Source: an uncultured Candidatus Nitrosopelagicus sp.
GTDB taxonomy: Archaea; Thermoproteota; Nitrososphaeria; Nitrososphaerales; Nitrosopumilaceae
Length of the DNA stretch: 38,267 bases
Assembly (NCBI GenBank): GCA_964539205.1
Contig: CAZIHG010000019.1
Location: forward strand, 1-38,267
Direction of reading: 5' to 3'
A model generated the notes under the pieces. The model saw only the letters and a program-made list of their open reading frames with translations. It made no database searches and was not told where the DNA came from. Of the stretch, positions 29,122 through 37,078 are shown piece after piece (positions within the stretch are counted from its first letter, which is position 1; each line of letters opens with the position of its first letter). Made by a program: the position numbers and the translations under genes.

Positions 29122-30093
29122 ATGAAGATGTTTTTCGCGGTAATTGCGAGCCTTTTACTTCTAGCTACAGTTGTTACAAATGCAGAGGCTGCAGGCGTTC
29201 CAGCCTGGGTGAAAAACAATGCTGGTTGGTGGGCAGATGGTACTATTGGAGACTCTGACTTTATCACAGGTATCCAATATTTGATTGAAGAAGGAATAAT
29301 TACAATTCCATCAACAACCCGAAGCGCATCAACTTCAGATACTATTCCTGATTGGGTGAAAAACAATGCAGGATGGTGGTCAGACGGAACAATTTCAGAA
29401 AATGACTTTCTTAATGGAATCCAGTATTTGATTAAGATGGGCATCATGCAGGTTAGTTCTACCGCAGTAAGTGACGATATGTCATCCCACTCACAATATC
29501 AGTCATCTTCAACTGAATCTAAAGAGTCAAAATCATCATCTGGCACTGAATTAGAAAATATGTTACAAACATGTCAAGACAAAGAAACTAAAAGAGAGAT
29601 AAGAGATTGTGAAAAAGCAATAAAAGAACAGTACATTGTTGATCAATTCAAAACAATTGGTTCTATCAATCAAGTTGGTCCAATTACATATTATTATGTA
29701 GCAAATTGGCAAGAAGAATCTAGAAACACTGTAAAACAATTTAATAATGTTGCATATACAGCAACTGGTCAGGCATTAGTAAATATCAAAGTTTTAGCTG
29801 AAAATACAGGTTCATCAGATAATGTCACGATGATGTGTACTAGTCCAGCAATTTGTAATTATTCAGTATGGGATGGTGGACATAAATGGGTTAATTCTGG
29901 CTCTGACTTTACATCTGGTAATATTGTATTGAAACCAGGTCAGGATAGATTCTTGAATATACTGTGGGGACCAGCAATAGGCTATGGAAGTTATGAGGAC
30001 TTTATCTATGATTCTGGAAAGGACTATTACTTGAGAATTTCTGAACCATTTGGAAAGACAGACATACCCTTGAATTTAGTTGTAGTTCCATAG
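29122..30093 (+). CDS. Exported protein with two WWADG modules, Ser-rich linker and beta-sandwich C-terminal domain
   Basis: Signal peptide ending AEA; VPAWVKNNAGWWADG and IPDWVKNNAGWWSDG. Confidence 0.85.
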   Translation: MKMFFAVIASLLLLATVVTNAEAAGVPAWVKNNAGWWADGTIGDSDFITGIQYLIEEGIITIPSTTRSASTSDTIPDWVKNNAGWWSDGTISENDFLNGIQYLIKMGIMQVSSTAVSDDMSSHSQYQSSSTESKESKSSSGTELENMLQTCQDKETKREIRDCEKAIKEQYIVDQFKTIGSINQVGPITYYYVANWQEESRNTVKQFNNVAYTATGQALVNIKVLAENTGSSDNVTMMCTSPAICNYSVWDGGHKWVNSGSDFTSGNIVLKPGQDRFLNILWGPAIGYGSYEDFIYDSGKDYYLRISEPFGKTDIPLNLVVVP

Positions 30094-30102
30094 CATCATC
30101 CA

Positions 30103-30390
30103 ATGAACGATATTATTTGGGGCACTGCAACAAAAATTCTTTCAAACAAATCTTTTGAAATGGAAGTGACACATCAGAAAGAGGAAAACAATTCAACATA
30201 TTCAGAAAAAGAAACAATTGAATTTACAGAAACCGATATCATGAGTATTTCTACAGATGAAATTCAAAGAACAGTAGAACAAGTTGAGCAGGGCTTGAAG
30301 GACAAATTCATTAAATGTGAAATTTCTGGCAAAAATGAAAATAATGAATTAGTCTGTAAGGTTTCACATTCTGGCGCTGGTGGTTACTGA
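30103..30390 (+). CDS. Acidic hypothetical protein
   Basis: 95-aa ORF in an apparent operon; gaps of 9 bp upstream and 0 bp downstream. Confidence 0.65.
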   Translation: MNDIIWGTATKILSNKSFEMEVTHQKEENNSTYSEKETIEFTETDIMSISTDEIQRTVEQVEQGLKDKFIKCEISGKNENNELVCKVSHSGAGGY

Positions 30391-31161
30391 TTGTCAATCT
30401 GTTGGAAACCAAAGATAATTACCAATTTAGACCTACAAACTAATTATTTTGATGAATTATTATCTGGAAAGATTCCAGCAATAATTGTTCCGAAAGTACT
30501 AGATCAACAAGAATGTCAGGTTCTAGTAGATAGGATTATGTTGAATAATGAAATATCTATTGGTCTTGGTTCCACAAAAAAAATAGGTGAATCAATAAAT
30601 TCATACATTTCAAATAAGATGGAATATTTTAAAAATGTAAAGCAATCAAATCATTGTTTAGGGAAAATCTTTTCACATAATGATCCACGGGAAAAGATGT
30701 TATCAGTGATATCAGGATTATCTGGAAAAGAAATTCAGTTTGCAAAAGAAAAATCATTATCATATTCAAAAGGCATGATTAGAATATATGATCCAGGTGA
30801 TCCAGTACACGTTCATCGTGACAATGCATCATTTGAGGCAACGAATTTTTCTATTTCAACATTTTCTGAACAATTTTCAGCAGTATTACATCTACAATCG
30901 GCACGATATGGAGGTAGCCTTACTGTCTTTGATAAAATTTGGACTAGATCAGATGAAAAATTCCGTGATCCAGAATTTGGTTATTCAAATGATGTTATTG
31001 ATGGTGCATTCTGTACTTCAATTACTTGTAAACAAGGCGATCTTGTAATAATTAACCCAAATAATTATCACATAGTAAATACAGTTGAAGGTAACTTATC
31101 ACGAATCACGTTTGGATTTTTTTTTGGGCATGGTAATTCATATTTATCCGCATGGTCATAA
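30391..31161 (+). CDS. 2OG-Fe(II) oxygenase
   Basis: IRIY...HVHRD (HxD), SAVLHLQ...GGSL, GDLVIIN...YH.V, 2OG-binding SRIT, C-terminal LSAWS. Confidence 0.85.
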   Translation: MSICWKPKIITNLDLQTNYFDELLSGKIPAIIVPKVLDQQECQVLVDRIMLNNEISIGLGSTKKIGESINSYISNKMEYFKNVKQSNHCLGKIFSHNDPREKMLSVISGLSGKEIQFAKEKSLSYSKGMIRIYDPGDPVHVHRDNASFEATNFSISTFSEQFSAVLHLQSARYGGSLTVFDKIWTRSDEKFRDPEFGYSNDVIDGAFCTSITCKQGDLVIINPNNYHIVNTVEGNLSRITFGFFFGHGNSYLSAWS

Positions 31162-31494
31162 TTATTCAAAAAATATCTCCATAGTATCAAGTCCAGCATG
31201 CTTGTTTATGATATCGTTAAAAATAATATCAGATTCAATCTCTAGTCGTTCTGATTTACCATCATAATATAGGTGATCCTCAACATAAATTCCACTCCTT
31301 GCTGATATCCTCAAAAGCATGTTTTGATTTTTTACGCCAATTATTTGGAATGGTAATTTGATAAAGCATTTGTCGCTATTTGCTTTCACTATTACATCAT
31401 ATTTTTTCTCATGTAACTCAATTTGACCATCAAGATATGTACCTTTGAAATTTAATATCAGAATTTTACCCTTTATTGGTATTTTATATTTCAT
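31162..31494 (-). CDS. Hypothetical protein
   Basis: 110-aa ORF abutting the oxygenase stop codon. Confidence 0.6.
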   Translation of the reverse strand: MKYKIPIKGKILILNFKGTYLDGQIELHEKKYDVIVKANSDKCFIKLPFQIIGVKNQNMLLRISARSGIYVEDHLYYDGKSERLEIESDIIFNDIINKHAGLDTMEIFFE

Positions 31495-31551
31495 ATTTCA
31501 TATTGTATTATATCCAATTTGTATTTAATATACATAAAAAAAAAATAACTT

Positions 31552-31559
31552 AGCACTAG
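31552..31559. promoter_or_regulatory. AGCACTAG motif in a divergent intergenic region, site C
   Basis: TTAGCACTAG is identical to the start of site A (26910-26919). Confidence 0.45.
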
Positions 31560-31605
31560 GTTTTTTTAGTTTGTGGGTTAAATCATTAAAACTTTACATA
31601 AAGAT

Positions 31606-32334
31606 ATGAGGATAGTATTATTCGGTATTTTTTTGGTCATCTCTATGATTTTTTTACCATTACCTGTATTTGCTCATAAATTAATTCAAACTGATGGTAC
31701 TAATGATCAAATTGAAAGATCATTAACAATACCTGATCCAATAGTATCATGGGCGATGTATGAAAAATTGGATGGTGGTGTTTTGTATTATACATTTGAT
31801 GCAAAAAAGAATGATCGACTATACGCTAGTATTGTAATACCAAAATTAGATGGTATTGAGTATTTCGCCCCATCATTGGTATTGATGGTACCCTCTTTTT
31901 CAATTAAATTTATTGACACCATATATGATTTGGATAAAACAAATCTGGTCCCATTCGCAGTACCAGATGGTTATGATGCAATTGTGTTTGAATATGATGA
32001 TGTACTACCATCAAAGGAATTTTATGAACCATTTGGACAAATTACATATTGGGAAAGACAAGAAATTGATTTAACAATTCCAGTTGATTCAACATACTAT
32101 CTGGCAGTTTTTGATTCTGAATCACAGCATGGTAAACTTGCACTAGCTGTAGGATATGTTGAGGATTTTTCAGCATCTGACTTTGTCACAGTTTTACCAG
32201 CTTCATGGTTCGAATCAAGATTCTTTGTAGAAGATTATGCTACACCCGTTCTAGTTTCGATTATACTCCTACTAATTGTTACCACTATTGGGGTATTTAC
32301 TTATAAAAAATTCAAAAAGAAATTAACTTCCTAA
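31606..32334 (+). CDS. Exported protein with C-terminal membrane anchor
   Basis: Signal peptide ending VFA followed by His; EFYEPFGQ..Y; C-terminal TM + KKFKKK. Confidence 0.8.
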   Translation: MRIVLFGIFLVISMIFLPLPVFAHKLIQTDGTNDQIERSLTIPDPIVSWAMYEKLDGGVLYYTFDAKKNDRLYASIVIPKLDGIEYFAPSLVLMVPSFSIKFIDTIYDLDKTNLVPFAVPDGYDAIVFEYDDVLPSKEFYEPFGQITYWERQEIDLTIPVDSTYYLAVFDSESQHGKLALAVGYVEDFSASDFVTVLPASWFESRFFVEDYATPVLVSIILLLIVTTIGVFTYKKFKKKLTS

Positions 32335-32371
32335 CTTACATCAAGTTTAAAACCACAAATGAAAAAATATT

Positions 32372-32399
32372 GGCACTAGATATACTTATTAGGCATTAT
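32372..32399 (+). promoter_or_regulatory. GGCACTAG...GGCATTAT pair flanking the TATA-like box of the B12-binding regulator, site D
   Basis: GGCACTAG 32372, ATATACTT 32380, GGCATTAT 32392 (20-bp period), start GTG 32405. Confidence 0.6.
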
Positions 32400-32404
32400 G
32401 AAGT

Positions 32405-33262
32405 GTGAAACAAGTGGTATATCTTAGGAAAAAAGCAATAAAGGGTGTAGATTACATTTATCTTGTAAAAAGTGTATGGGATAAAAAAAATAAAACGTCA
32501 AGACAGAAGACAATAAAATATCTTGGTGAATCAAGTCGAGTCTCTCGTGAGGATATACCAATGGAATATCGTAATGATCCAAAAATAACTGCATTCTTAC
32601 TAGAAAATACACCAATTAATGTGAAAAAAAAGCATGAATTAATTTCCAAGCTTCAGTCTCAACTATTTTCAAGATTAACAGAAGGTAATTTGAAAGACTC
32701 GATTATTATCTACGAATCATTTACGTCAAAATCTACAATAGACCAGTTTTATCAGAAAATAATGAATCCTGTGATGGAAAATATTGGCTTGATGTGGTCA
32801 CAAGGAAAATTATCAATTGCTACGGAACATGTATCTAGTAACACCGCCCAGAGCCTAATAAAAATAATAGCTGATAAACACAAAAAACCTAAACTCAATA
32901 GGGGTAGAATAATTATAACAACACCTGTAGGTGAGGATCATTGTCTTTCATGTAATATATTAGAATCATTCCTACTCTCTAAAGGATTTAGTACATTCAA
33001 TATTTCCCCATCTACACCAGCCGAGTCTCTTATACAGTTTGTCAAGACAGTGCAACCTACTGCAGTGTTAATTTCAATAACACTAAAAGATAACATCAAA
33101 TCTGGACAGCGTCTTGTAAAAAAGATTCGTAGTAATTATAAAAAATTACCAGTGTTTGTAGGTGGTCAAGCATTTCCAACTGGTAATAAAAATAAGTTTG
33201 ATGCTATACTGATTGAAAATACTAAGCAACTTGAACAAATACCACGGCTGCTCATAAAGTGA
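32405..33262 (+). CDS. Cobalamin-binding regulator with CarH/LitR-type signature and non-MerR N-terminal domain
   Basis: Helical cap IMNPVMENIGLMW-SQGKLSIAT-EH (W131-x9-E141H142); Rossmann domain TPVGEDH (E177-x-H179), ISIT, VFVGGQA; basic beta-rich N terminus YIYLVKSVWDK...RQKTIKYLG. Confidence 0.85.
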   Translation: MKQVVYLRKKAIKGVDYIYLVKSVWDKKNKTSRQKTIKYLGESSRVSREDIPMEYRNDPKITAFLLENTPINVKKKHELISKLQSQLFSRLTEGNLKDSIIIYESFTSKSTIDQFYQKIMNPVMENIGLMWSQGKLSIATEHVSSNTAQSLIKIIADKHKKPKLNRGRIIITTPVGEDHCLSCNILESFLLSKGFSTFNISPSTPAESLIQFVKTVQPTAVLISITLKDNIKSGQRLVKKIRSNYKKLPVFVGGQAFPTGNKNKFDAILIENTKQLEQIPRLLIK

Positions 33263-33513
33263 CATTTACAGGCAAAATGATATCATTTCCAAAGAATGTA
33301 TTTGGCGCATTTGGTGTTCTGTTTATAATTTCAGGTGTGATTATTCCAATTCAAAATTTGATAGTCTGGGGTCCAGAATTCGTTCTGTGGTTTCTATCTT
33401 CACCCGAGTTCACTGCGGAAAAACTCAGTATAGGTGTGATTGGATTAGGTTTTGTTATGATTGTATATGGGAAAAAACACGATCATCGTTTAAACAATAA
33501 TAAATTATTCTAA
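33259..33513 (+). CDS. Small two-TM membrane protein translationally coupled to the B12 regulator
   Basis: GTGA start/stop overlap at 33259-33262; two hydrophobic segments. An alternative ATG lies 6 codons downstream. Confidence 0.65.
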   Translation: MTFTGKMISFPKNVFGAFGVLFIISGVIIPIQNLIVWGPEFVLWFLSSPEFTAEKLSIGVIGLGFVMIVYGKKHDHRLNNNKLF

Positions 33514-33527
33514 TATTTAGAAGATCA

Positions 33528-34004
33528 ATGCCACAAAATATTGAAATGTTATTGGAGAATGCATCTGAACTGGTTTCATTAGATGAATTTGATGAAGCTC
33601 TTTTGATATACGATAAAATTTTAACTGTTAATCCAAAAAATGTTTATGCACTAATTGACAAAGCAATCACATTACAAAGAATTGGAAAAAACTATGAATC
33701 AATAAAATTATTTAACAGAGCATTAAAAATCCAACCAAAAAATGTTGATGGATTAATTGGGAAAGGCACAACGCTTCATGCACAAAAAAAATTCTCTGAT
33801 GCCATTTTATGTTATGACGAAGTGCTAAAGATTAATCCAAAGTTTCCAGTTGCATTGGCATACAAAGGACTTTCATTAGGTGAGCAAGGTGAAATTAAAG
33901 AAGCGTTGAAGTTTTTTAAAAAGGCATTAATCATTGATAAAAATTATGATCTGGCAAAATTAAGTAAGAAAAAAGCCTTAGAATTATTAAAATCTAAAAA
34001 ATAG
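33528..34004 (+). CDS. TPR-repeat protein
   Basis: About four 34-aa repeats (ALLIYDKIL..NPKN..AL..K). Confidence 0.9.
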   Translation: MPQNIEMLLENASELVSLDEFDEALLIYDKILTVNPKNVYALIDKAITLQRIGKNYESIKLFNRALKIQPKNVDGLIGKGTTLHAQKKFSDAILCYDEVLKINPKFPVALAYKGLSLGEQGEIKEALKFFKKALIIDKNYDLAKLSKKKALELLKSKK

Positions 34005-34167
34005 TTACATCACCTGGAGCAGGTTCTCTTTTTTGCTCTTTCTCATGAAAATCAAAAAAATCTTTATGAACGAGTTCTTGGTGTTTTTTTAACTCATCAA
34101 AATTTTCTAACATTTGATGGCATAAGAAGCATTTTGGCTTGTCTTCATCGGATAGTGGTAGTACCAT
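33994..34167 (-). CDS. C2H2 zinc-finger protein (57 aa; absent from ORF track)
   Basis: Hand translation: MVLPLSDEDKPKCFLCHQMLENFDELKKHQELVHKDFFDFHEKEQKREPAPGDVTIF* (C-x2-C-x12-H-x4-H). Confidence 0.82.
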   Translation of the reverse strand: MVLPLSDEDKPKCFLCHQMLENFDELKKHQELVHKDFFDFHEKEQKREPAPGDVTIF

Positions 34168-34217
34168 AATTGAATTAAATTGTATTGATTTATAATTTCT
34201 TTAGTATTTTTTATATT

Positions 34218-35318
34218 ATGCTTGAAAATTTACTTGGTAAATCCACTGCAATTGACAACGCAATTTCTGGAAAGGAACTAACATTTGATGATGGAATAGA
34301 ATTAATGGGTAATGATAATCTTCATGTTTTAGGTGCTGTAGCAGATCTATCTAGACAAAAAACAATCGGTAATACTGTTAGTTTCACCTCATCATATTAC
34401 ATGAATTATACCAATCTATGTGCTGCAAGTTGTCAAATGTGTGCATTTTATCGAAAAGGTGATGAAGATGATGCATACACACTTACACCTGAACAGATTG
34501 AGAAACGTGTTGCAGCAGCTAAACAACTAGGTGCAACTGAAGTTCATATTGTTGGTGGATTCCATCCTGATCTACAGTTAGAGTATTACGAGCAAATGAT
34601 GACAATTATCAAGGAGCATCATTCCGAATTAACAGTTAAGGCATTTACTGCAGCAGAAATTTTCTATTTATCTAAACTGACAAAAAACTCTGTTAAAGAA
34701 ATTCTTTCACGTCTAAAAAATGCAGGATTAGATACCATGCCAGGTGGTGGTGCAGAACTTTTTCATCCTGGTATAAGAGATAAAATAGTTCGTGGAAAAT
34801 GTACTGGTCAGCAATGGTTGGATACTATTAAGCAAGCACATGATTTAGGTATTAAAAGTAATGTAACAATGCTTTATGGTCACATAGAAAAACCAGAACA
34901 TATAGTTGATCATCTTATCAAAATTCGTGAATTACAAAAAAAGACCAATGGCTTCCTTACATTCATACCATTAAAATTTAGTCTAGACAATACAGAATTG
35001 GAAAAAGATCATTTAGTAGATCATGAGTGTTCATCAATTTATGATCTTAAAGTAATTGCATTATCACGTTTAATGCTAACAAACGTTCTTGACAACATCT
35101 CAGTTTATTGGGTGGCATATGGTCAGAAATTAGCACAAGTTGCATTATCGCATGGTGGTAGTGATCTTGTTGGAACTGCATTTTCTGAGGAAATTTACCG
35201 TGCTGCAGGAAAACCAACTAATTCTTCATTAATTGAACTTGCTACACTAGTAAAAGAAATTGGTAGAAATCCAGTACAACGTGATACATATTTTAATACG
35301 ATTCAGAAATTTAACTAG
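34218..35318 (+). CDS. mqnE: Radical SAM aminofutalosine synthase (CofH/MqnE family)
   Basis: NYTNLCAASCQMCAF (CxxxCxxC), EVHIVGGFHP, KAFTAAEI, MPGGGAE, TMLYGHIE, EEIY.AAG. ATG 34218 preferred over TTG 34185. MqnC/CofH not fully excluded. Confidence 0.82.
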   Translation: MLENLLGKSTAIDNAISGKELTFDDGIELMGNDNLHVLGAVADLSRQKTIGNTVSFTSSYYMNYTNLCAASCQMCAFYRKGDEDDAYTLTPEQIEKRVAAAKQLGATEVHIVGGFHPDLQLEYYEQMMTIIKEHHSELTVKAFTAAEIFYLSKLTKNSVKEILSRLKNAGLDTMPGGGAELFHPGIRDKIVRGKCTGQQWLDTIKQAHDLGIKSNVTMLYGHIEKPEHIVDHLIKIRELQKKTNGFLTFIPLKFSLDNTELEKDHLVDHECSSIYDLKVIALSRLMLTNVLDNISVYWVAYGQKLAQVALSHGGSDLVGTAFSEEIYRAAGKPTNSSLIELATLVKEIGRNPVQRDTYFNTIQKFN

Positions 35319-35589
35319 CAGGCTTTTTTTCGGTTCGTTTTGCACCACCTTTCTTTTTTCTTCTAGCGCCAAAACTAATCAATATTAGTAAGAATCCTAC
35401 ACCGATCATAATTCCTGCTAATGTAGTATAATCTTGATTTTCCTGTTCCTCTATGAGAAATGCTGCAATTTCATCATCAGTCATTCCCCCACGTCCAACT
35501 GGTGATGTTGTAGTAAATGCGGCAGTTAGTGTAAATCCAACCACCAATAAGGCTATTCCACCAGCAAGAATTTTTTTATCAATTAACAT
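35311..35589 (-). CDS. Small two-TM membrane protein
   Basis: Two TMs and a basic tail RRKKKGG. Confidence 0.7.
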   Translation of the reverse strand: MLIDKKILAGGIALLVVGFTLTAAFTTTSPVGRGGMTDDEIAAFLIEEQENQDYTTLAGIMIGVGFLLILISFGARRKKKGGAKRTEKKPAS

Positions 35590-35668
35590 TCATTGTGATT
35601 AATTATTTGCATAATTTAAGAAAAGCGAAATTCATAGGGATATAATGCACATTTAAAAATAAAAAAAT

Positions 35669-36646
35669 ATGATGAATCATATGTCTGATTTACCACATTT
35701 TTCAAGCAAAGCATTCCTAGCACCAATGGCGGGTGTGAGTGATCCTGCACTACGCTTGATGTGTAAGAGAATGGGCGCTGGTCTTGTTGTGACTGAATTA
35801 ACAAGTGTAAATGCAATAGTGGCAAAAGAAATACAGCTAAAATCACAACTTCAAGATATCAGTAATTTTATAGAATTTTCAGAAAAGGAAAGACCATTGT
35901 CTGTGCAGTTATTTGGATCTGATATTATAGCATTAGAAAAGGCTGCAAAGATTGTAGCACCATTTTTTGATATTATAGATTACAATATGGGATGCCCTGC
36001 ACCACATATTACAAAACAAATGGCTGGAGGTGCATTACTACAAAATTCATCACTTACACAGGAAATCTTTAGAACTTTAGTTAATAGTGTAAAACGACCT
36101 GTCTCATTAAAGATGCGTATTGGGGTGAATGAGTCTAACAAATTATTATTTAACGACATAGCAAAAATTGCAGAGCGTGAAGGAATTCAAATGATCACAT
36201 TACATCCTAGAACTGTTTCACAAGGATATTCTGGACATTCAGATTGGGACATGATAAAGAAACTAAAAAAAACTGTAAGCATACCAGTTGTAGGTAACGG
36301 TGATATCACATCACCAGAACTTGCTAAGAATGTATTAGAATATACTGGATGTGATTATATCATGATTGGTAGAGGTGCAATGGGTAATCCATTCATTTTT
36401 GAACAGATAAATGAATATTTGGATTCTGGTACATACAAAAAATATGGTGTTTATGACAAGCTAGATGCATTCATTAAATATCTTGATCTCACATCAAATT
36501 ACAAAATTAAATTTGCAAATATAAAACAGCAAGCAATTAGATTTACAAAAGGTATGGTTGGTGGTAGTATACTACGTAATCGTTTGACTAAAGCAAATAA
36601 TATTGATGAATTAAAAGAGATTCTTATTCAAACTATTCCTGTATAA
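35669..36646 (+). CDS. dus: tRNA-dihydrouridine synthase (DusB/NifR3-like)
   Basis: LAPMAGVSD, VQLFGSD, DYNMGCP, SLKMRIG, LHPRT, VVGNGDI, MIGRGA.GNP. Confidence 0.93.
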   Translation: MMNHMSDLPHFSSKAFLAPMAGVSDPALRLMCKRMGAGLVVTELTSVNAIVAKEIQLKSQLQDISNFIEFSEKERPLSVQLFGSDIIALEKAAKIVAPFFDIIDYNMGCPAPHITKQMAGGALLQNSSLTQEIFRTLVNSVKRPVSLKMRIGVNESNKLLFNDIAKIAEREGIQMITLHPRTVSQGYSGHSDWDMIKKLKKTVSIPVVGNGDITSPELAKNVLEYTGCDYIMIGRGAMGNPFIFEQINEYLDSGTYKKYGVYDKLDAFIKYLDLTSNYKIKFANIKQQAIRFTKGMVGGSILRNRLTKANNIDELKEILIQTIPV

Positions 36647-36895
36647 TCATTTGTACAGGTCAAATTCAGGACTTCGTTTTTGAGATTTAACTTCACTCAT
36701 GACTGCCTTAACTACTTCATTATGATTATATGTTAGATGCCTAAGAAATTTTGCTGATGCGTCAGCTCGTTTAACATCATCAGCAAATAACATTTCCTCC
36801 GAACCTAATTCATTCATCATTTCTCTACATTCACTGCATGGCTCAAAATCTAAGAATAATTTCATGATTCGCTCTCTTCGTAACATGGTAAACAA
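36647..36895 (-). CDS. Hypothetical protein with CxxC...HxxxxH motif
   Basis: EPCSEC...FLRHLTYNH. Confidence 0.65.
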   Translation of the reverse strand: MFTMLRRERIMKLFLDFEPCSECREMMNELGSEEMLFADDVKRADASAKFLRHLTYNHNEVVKAVMSEVKSQKRSPEFDLYK

Positions 36896-36922
36896 TGTCC
36901 CTATTTAACCAAGTCTAATGAT

Positions 36923-36997
36923 TTATAGATCTTCATCATCAATGAATAATCCAGAGTAATCATATGTTGAGTCTTTTTGTTTATTGATTGATTTCAT
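36923..36997 (-). CDS. Possible 24-aa microprotein
   Basis: MKSINKQKDSTYDYSGLFIDDEDL*; minus-strand TTATATT at 37019-37025, at leaderless spacing from the ATG. Confidence 0.4.
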   Translation of the reverse strand: MKSINKQKDSTYDYSGLFIDDEDL

Positions 36998-37078
36998 GAA
37001 TAATTTAGTTTAATTTTGAATATAAGCAACACGAATAATTGATCTATTATCTATTTTTGAAAATTTTACAAACATAGA

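Noticed and set aside
32335-32404. Cobalamin riboswitch upstream of the B12-binding gene
   Set aside because: The gap is only 70 bp, AT-rich, and has no B12-box.
32405-32540. IS transposase remnant
   Set aside because: No DDE domain, terminal inverted repeats or target duplication. The segment is fused in frame to an intact B12-binding domain.
445-35846. Numerous 60-136 aa ORFs nested in or antisense to recognised genes (e.g. 445-651, 13436-13846, 15289-15594, 23946-24272, 29085-29447)
   Set aside because: They overlap well-supported CDSs and have no motifs of their own.
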